DNA of 64,000 nucleotides from NCBI RefSeq assembly GCF_057098645.1, contig NZ_CM169472.1; one strand, 5' to 3'. Shown piece by piece: positions 59,701 to 64,000 of this stretch (position 1 is its first letter; each line of letters starts with the position of its first letter). The notes under the pieces were generated by a model. It saw only the letters and a program-made list of their open reading frames with translations, ran no database searches and was not told where the DNA came from. The position numbers and the translations under genes were made by a program.

Positions 59701-61378
59701 CTTCCCGGCGATGATTAGCGGACAGGAGCGTCTTGCCTGTATGGATGATGCCGCCAGGCTGCGCGATGCCCTCGGCGTACAACTACCAGAGTCTCTGCCA
59801 GAGATTTATTTGCATAGAGTCAGTTACCCGCTTCGCGACCTCTTTCTGCGCTATCTCCGGGCTCATGCTCTGGTCACGGCTGAACAACTGGCTCATGAGT
59901 TTAGTCTCGGTATTGCCATTGTCGAAGAGCAGCTTCAGCAACTGCGCGAACAGGGTCTGGTGATGAATCTGCAACAAGACATCTGGGTGAGCGATGAAGT
60001 ATTTCGTCGTCTGCGTTTGCGCTCGCTGCAAGCCGCCAGAGAAGCGACGCGTCCCGTTGCAGCCACGACCTATGCGCGATTGCTGCTGGAACGTCAGGGC
60101 GTATTACCCGCCACCGATGGTAGCCCGGCGCTCTTTGCCTCAACATCGCCAGGCGTTTATGAGGGCGTAGATGGCGTGATGCGGGTAATCGAACAGCTTG
60201 CCGGAGTCGGCTTACCCGCCTCACTCTGGGAAAGCCAGATCCTGCCTGCCCGCGTACGCGACTATTCGCCAGAAATGCTCGATGAATTACTGGCAACCGG
60301 TGCGGTTATCTGGTCGGGGCAAAAAAAACTGGGTGAAGATGACGGCCTGGTGGCACTGCATCTACAGGAATATGCTGCAGAATCGTTCACTCCCGCCGAA
60401 GCGGATCAGGCGAATCGTTCGGCGCTGCAACAAGCGATAGTCGCTGTTCTGGCTGACGGAGGAGCCTGGTTTGCACAACAAATCAGCCAACGGATACGCG
60501 ACAAAATCGGCGAATCGGTTGATCCCTCGGCACTGCAAGAGGCGTTATGGGCGCTGGTCTGGCAAGGCGTCATCACCAGCGATATTTGGGCACCGTTACG
60601 CGCCCTCACCCGCAGCAGTTCCAACGCACGCACCTCAACTCGCCGCAGTCACCGGGCTCGTCGTGGGCGTCCTGTCTATGCACACCCCGTCTCGCCGCGG
60701 GTATCTTACAACACACCAAATCTGGCTGGACGCTGGCCGTTATTGCAGGTGGAGCCACTAAACGATACCGAAAGGATGCTGGCGCTGGCGGAAAATATGC
60801 TCGACCGCTACGGCATCATCAGTCGTCAGGCGGTGATAGCCGAAAATATCCCTGGCGGGTTTCCATCGATGCAAACGCTTTGTCGAAGTATGGAAGACTC
60901 CGGGCGAATTATGCGAGGTCGTTTTGTAGAAGGTCTGGGGGGTGCGCAATTCGCTGAACGTCTGACTATTGACCGCTTGCGCGATCTGGCGACACAAGCC
61001 GCGCAAACGCGCCACTATACACCAGTGGCGCTCTCCGCCAACGATCCGGCTAATGTGTGGGGAAATCTTCTGCCCTGGCCTACACATCCGGCAACGCTGG
61101 TACCAACGCGTCGGGCGGGTGCGCTGGTGGTCGTTTCTGGCGGCAAATTGTTACTCTATCTGGCGCAAGGTGGCAAAAAAATGCTGGTCTGGCAGGAAAA
61201 AGAGGAATTACTCGCCCCAGAGGTTTTCCACGCGCTGACTACCGCACTGCGTCGCGAACCACGGCTGCGCTTTACGCTAACAGAAGTGAATGATCTACCG
61301 GTCCGGCAAACGCCGATGTTTACGCTGCTGCGTGAAGCGGGATTTTCAAGTTCGCCACAAGGGCTGGATTGGGGATAG
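56762..61378 (+). CDS. lhr: Large ATP-dependent helicase Lhr (SF2, DEAD/DEAH box)
   Basis: 1538-aa ORF with Walker A (APTGSGKT) and DEVH motifs. Confidence 0.95.
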   Translation: MADNPNPSSPLPDVFSPATRDWFLRAFKQPTAVQSQTWHVAARGEHALVIAPTGSGKTLAAFLYALDRLFREGGEDTREAHKRKTSRILYISPIKALGTDVQRNLQIPLQGIADERRRRGETEVNLRVGIRTGDTPAQERSKLTRNPPDILITTPESLYLMLTSRARETLRGVETVIIDEVHAVAGSKRGAHLALSLERLDALLHTSAQRIGLSATVRSASDVAAFLGGDRPVTVVNPPAMRHPQIRIVVPVANMDDVSPVASGTGEDSHAGREGSIWPYIETGILDEVLRHRSTIVFTNSRGLAEKLTARLNELYAARLQRSPSIAADAAHFESTSGATSNRVQSSDVFIARSHHGSVSKEQRAITEQALKSGELRCVVATSSLELGIDMGAVDLVIQVATPLSVASGLQRIGRAGHQVGGISKGLFFPRTRRDLVDSAVIVECMFAGRLENLTPPHNPLDVLAQQTVAAAAMDALQVDEWYSRVRRAAPWKDLPRRVFDATLDMLSGRYPSGDFSAFRPKLVWNRETGILTARPGAQLLAVTSGGTIPDRGMYSVLLPEGEEQAGSRRVGELDEEMVYESRVNDIITLGATSWRIQQITRDQVIVTPAPGRSARLPFWRGEGNGRPAELGEMIGDFLHLLADGAFFSGTIPPWLAEENTIANIQGLIDEQRNATGIVPGSRHLVLERCRDEIGDWRIILHSPYGRRVHEPWALAIAGRIHALWGADASVVASDDGIVARIPDTDGKLPDAAIFLFEPEKLLQIVREAVGSSALFAARFRECAARALLMPGRTPGHRTPLWQQRLRASQLLEIAQGYPDFPVILETLRECLQDVYDLPALERLMRRLNGGEIQISDVTTTTPSPFATSLLFGYVAEFMYQSDAPLAERRASVLSLDSELLRNLLGQVDPGELLDPQVIRQVEEELQRLAPGRRAKGEEGLFDLLRELGPMTVEDLAQRHTGSSEEIASYLENLLTVKRIFPAMISGQERLACMDDAARLRDALGVQLPESLPEIYLHRVSYPLRDLFLRYLRAHALVTAEQLAHEFSLGIAIVEEQLQQLREQGLVMNLQQDIWVSDEVFRRLRLRSLQAAREATRPVAATTYARLLLERQGVLPATDGSPALFASTSPGVYEGVDGVMRVIEQLAGVGLPASLWESQILPARVRDYSPEMLDELLATGAVIWSGQKKLGEDDGLVALHLQEYAAESFTPAEADQANRSALQQAIVAVLADGGAWFAQQISQRIRDKIGESVDPSALQEALWALVWQGVITSDIWAPLRALTRSSSNARTSTRRSHRARRGRPVYAHPVSPRVSYNTPNLAGRWPLLQVEPLNDTERMLALAENMLDRYGIISRQAVIAENIPGGFPSMQTLCRSMEDSGRIMRGRFVEGLGGAQFAERLTIDRLRDLATQAAQTRHYTPVALSANDPANVWGNLLPWPTHPATLVPTRRAGALVVVSGGKLLLYLAQGGKKMLVWQEKEELLAPEVFHALTTALRREPRLRFTLTEVNDLPVRQTPMFTLLREAGFSSSPQGLDWG

Positions 61379-61385
61379 AGAAAGG

Positions 61386-61415
61386 ACTGACGGATGCCCG
61401 TTCGCATCCGTCAGT
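61386..61415. terminator. Bidirectional hairpin between convergent lhr and grxD
   Basis: 12-bp stem actgacggatgc / gcatccgtcagt with a 6-nt loop. Confidence 0.7.
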
Positions 61416-61428
61416 ATTGCAGGACGGA

Positions 61429-61776
61429 TTATTCCGCGTCCGGCTCTTCAGACTTGTATTTAGCGGCAGTTTCTTTGATCAGCTGCTGCAGTTCGCCACG
61501 CTGATACATTTCGATCACGATATCACAACCGCCGACCAGCTCGCCGTCAACCCACAGTTGCGGGAAGGTCGGCCAGTTAGCATATTTCGGCAGTTCCGCA
61601 CGAATGTCCGGATTCTGCAGAATATCAACATAGGCAAAACGTTCGCCACATGCGGCAAGCGCCTGGACTGCCTGGGCAGAGAAACCGCAGCTCGGCAGTT
61701 TCGGTGAACCTTTCATGTACAGCAGGATCGGGTTTTCAGCAATCTGGCGTTGGATTTTTTCGATAGTGGTGCTCAT
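61429..61776 (-). CDS. grxD: Monothiol glutaredoxin Grx4
   Basis: 115-aa ORF with the CGFS active-site motif (PSCGFS). Confidence 0.95.
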   Translation of the reverse strand: MSTTIEKIQRQIAENPILLYMKGSPKLPSCGFSAQAVQALAACGERFAYVDILQNPDIRAELPKYANWPTFPQLWVDGELVGGCDIVIEMYQRGELQQLIKETAAKYKSEEPDAE

Positions 61777-62110
61777 TGTCTTGCTTCCTCAAACTTCTTT
61801 ACGGCAGTAATCTGACATTGTAGCGGGTCAGTGCGGCATCGGAAAATAACATTTTCATCACGCTTTAGCTATTTTATCCCTTTGCTCTATTTGTTGCATT
61901 TCAAATATTCGTTTCTTCCCAGATGCACGACAAACTGGCGTATTTATAACCATTTTTAGCTTTCACTGCTGCATTTTTTTGCGCTCGCCAACGAAACGTA
62001 TTTTTTAACAATAAAAGCTATTAACTTTCTCTTCTTCTATGCATTAGAATCATCAAGTTTTGTAAATCAGACGCAGGCATGGTAGACCTGCCTTAACAGA
62101 GGGACGCTCA

Positions 62111-62938
62111 GTGGCGCGGATAAACCGTATTTCGATCACGCTCTGTGCTTTACTTTTTACCACCCTGCCTTTAACGCCTATGGCCCATGCTTCAAAGCAA
62201 GCCAGGGAGAGTTCTGCTACCACTCATATCACCAAAAAAGCAGATAAAAAGAAAAGCACGGCAACCACCAAAAAGACCCAGAAAGCCAGCCAGAAAACAG
62301 CGAAAAAAGCCGCCAGTAAAAGTACGACCAAAAGCAAAACCGCTTCTTCCGTTAAAAAATCTTCCATTACCGCTTCTAAAAACGCCAAAACTCGCAGCAA
62401 ACTCGCCGTCAATAAAACGGCCTCAGCCAGCTTTACCGAAAAGTGTACCAAACGTAAGGGCTATAAATCGCATTGTGTGAAAGTCAAAAATGCCGCGTCA
62501 GGAACCCTTGCCGACGCACACAAAGCGAAGGTGCAAAAAGCCACAAAAGTGGCAATGAATAAACTGATGCAGCAAATTGGTAAGCCATATCGTTGGGGTG
62601 GCAGCTCACCGCGTACCGGTTTTGATTGCAGCGGCCTGGTTTATTACGCTTATAAAGATTTGGTGAAAATTCGAATTCCGCGTACGGCGAATGAAATGTA
62701 TCACCTGCGTGATGCAGCACCTATCGAACGTAGTGAACTGAAAAACGGCGACCTGGTCTTTTTCCGTACTCAGGGACGCGGTACAGCCGATCATGTCGGT
62801 GTGTATGTCGGCAACGGCAAATTTATTCAGTCACCGCGTACGGGTCAGGAAATTCAAATCACTTCTCTCAGTGAAGACTACTGGCAGCGCCACTATGTTG
62901 GCGCTCGCCGGGTAATGACCCCAAAAACACTTCGCTAA
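62111..62938 (+). CDS. mepH: NlpC/P60-family peptidoglycan DD-endopeptidase
   Basis: 275-aa ORF with signal peptide, Lys/Thr-rich linker and a C-terminal NlpC/P60 domain (catalytic Cys in FDCSGLVYYAY). Confidence 0.9.
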   Translation: MARINRISITLCALLFTTLPLTPMAHASKQARESSATTHITKKADKKKSTATTKKTQKASQKTAKKAASKSTTKSKTASSVKKSSITASKNAKTRSKLAVNKTASASFTEKCTKRKGYKSHCVKVKNAASGTLADAHKAKVQKATKVAMNKLMQQIGKPYRWGGSSPRTGFDCSGLVYYAYKDLVKIRIPRTANEMYHLRDAAPIERSELKNGDLVFFRTQGRGTADHVGVYVGNGKFIQSPRTGQEIQITSLSEDYWQRHYVGARRVMTPKTLR

Positions 62939-63065
62939 AACTTTACCCTGTTGTTACGGCAACAGGGTAAGTTCATCTTTTGTCTCACCTTTTAATTTGC
63001 TACCCTATCCATACGCACAATAAGGCTATTGTACGTATGCAAATTAATAATAAAGGAGAGTAGCA

Positions 63066-63647
63066 ATGTCATTCGAATTACCTGCACTACCATATGCTAA
63101 AGATGCTCTGGCACCGCATATTTCTGCGGAAACTATCGAGTATCACTACGGCAAGCATCATCAGACTTATGTCACTAACCTGAACAACCTGATTAAAGGT
63201 ACCGCGTTTGAAGGTAAATCACTGGAAGAGATTATTCGCAGCTCTGAAGGTGGCGTATTCAACAACGCAGCTCAGGTCTGGAACCATACTTTCTACTGGA
63301 ACTGCCTGGCACCGAACGCCGGTGGCGAACCGACTGGAAAAGTCGCTGAAGCTATCGCCGCATCTTTTGGCAGCTTTGCCGATTTCAAAGCTCAGTTTAC
63401 TGATGCAGCGATCAAAAACTTTGGTTCTGGCTGGACCTGGCTGGTGAAAAACAGCGATGGCAAACTGGCTATCGTTTCAACCTCTAACGCGGGTACTCCA
63501 CTGACCACCGATGCGACTCCGCTGCTGACCGTTGATGTCTGGGAACACGCATATTACATCGATTATCGCAATGCACGTCCTGGTTATCTGGAGCACTTCT
63601 GGGCGCTGGTGAACTGGGAATTCGTAGCGAAAAATCTCGCTGCATAA
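63066..63647 (+). CDS. sodB: Iron superoxide dismutase
   Basis: 193-aa [43 protein letters not shown]... Confidence 0.97.
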   Translation: MSFELPALPYAKDALAPHISAETIEYHYGKHHQTYVTNLNNLIKGTAFEGKSLEEIIRSSEGGVFNNAAQVWNHTFYWNCLAPNAGGEPTGKVAEAIAASFGSFADFKAQFTDAAIKNFGSGWTWLVKNSDGKLAIVSTSNAGTPLTTDATPLLTVDVWEHAYYIDYRNARPGYLEHFWALVNWEFVAKNLAA

Positions 63648-63757
63648 TAACTGATGGCAAATGCAGCATTGCCTGATGCGCTTCGCTTACCATGCCAACG
63701 CGGATGAGGCGTTAACAGCGCATTCGGCAAGATAAATCGCACGTTGTCAGCAACTGT

Positions 63758-63790
63758 AACGCAGAAGGTTATCCTTCTGCGTTTTTGTTT
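63758..63790 (+). terminator. Rho-independent terminator after sodB, also just 3' of convergent ydhP
   Basis: Stem aacgcagaagg / ccttctgcgtt with loop ttat, followed by ttttt. Confidence 0.8.
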
Positions 63791-63792
63791 AA

Positions 63793-64000
63793 TTAGCTGT
63801 TAGCAACGCAAACTGTTTCAGGTTGTTTTCTGGCTGACATAAACACCAGCAATAATGCCAGTCCCGCGACAATCGCCCCCATCACCGGCACAAAGCTGTA
63901 TCCCAGCCCAGCGGAAATTACCGCGCCACCAGCAGCTGCTCCCAGCGCATTTCCAAGATTAAAGGCACCAATATTGACTGATGAAGACAGACCTGGCGCT
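63793..64000 (-). CDS. ydhP: MFS transporter, C-terminal portion only (5' end beyond the window)
   Basis: Minus-strand frame ends ...GAIVAGLALLLVFMSARKQPETVCVANS* with its stop at 63793-63795; hydrophobic; position matches ydhP downstream of sodB. Confidence 0.6.
   Translation of the reverse strand, partial: APGLSSSVNIGAFNLGNALGAAAGGAVISAGLGYSFVPVMGAIVAGLALLLVFMSARKQPETVCVANS

Noticed and set aside
63648-63757. Possible REP element between sodB and its terminator
   Set aside because: The GC-rich segment (gcctgatgcgcttcgc...gcggatgaggcg) does not match the REP consensus closely enough to call by eye.

Overview
This window is a largely syntenic stretch of Escherichia coli chromosome from the replication-terminus region, running tqsA-pntBA-ydgH-ydgI-folM-ydgC-rstAB-tus-fumCA-manA-ydgA-uidCBAR-hdhA-malIXY-add-ydgJ-blr-cnu-ydgK-rsxABCDGE-nth-dtpA-gstA-pdxY-tyrS-pdxH-mliC-anmK-slyBA-ydhIJK-sodC-ydhF-ydhL-nemRA-gloA-rnt-lhr-grxD-mepH-sodB-ydhP. 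Gene identities come from reading the ORF translations and recognising well-characterised E. coli proteins and their order; no database search or alignment was run, and all K-12 reference lengths are quoted from memory. I do not see a novel multi-gene system (defence island, toxin-antitoxin cluster, CRISPR array or secondary-metabolite locus) inside the window. The accessory or strain-specific signals are: (1) at the extreme left edge, the 5' end of a P4-like tyrosine integrase gene on the minus strand, running out of the window, beside a tqsA that appears to lack its first ~50 codons, so a mobile element probably lies mostly left of the window; (2) a complete IS5 with 4-bp CTAA target duplications inside uidC; (3) an in-frame opal stop in uidB while uidA and uidR stay intact; (4) a -1 frameshift in an A-homopolymer of hdhA; (5) a 96-bp in-frame tandem repeat array in rsxC. 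The frameshift and nonsense calls could be sequencing errors and need read-level confirmation. Also annotated are the Ter site upstream of tus, operator-like palindromes (MalI, NemR, candidate UidR and dtpA-upstream sites) and several hairpin terminators.
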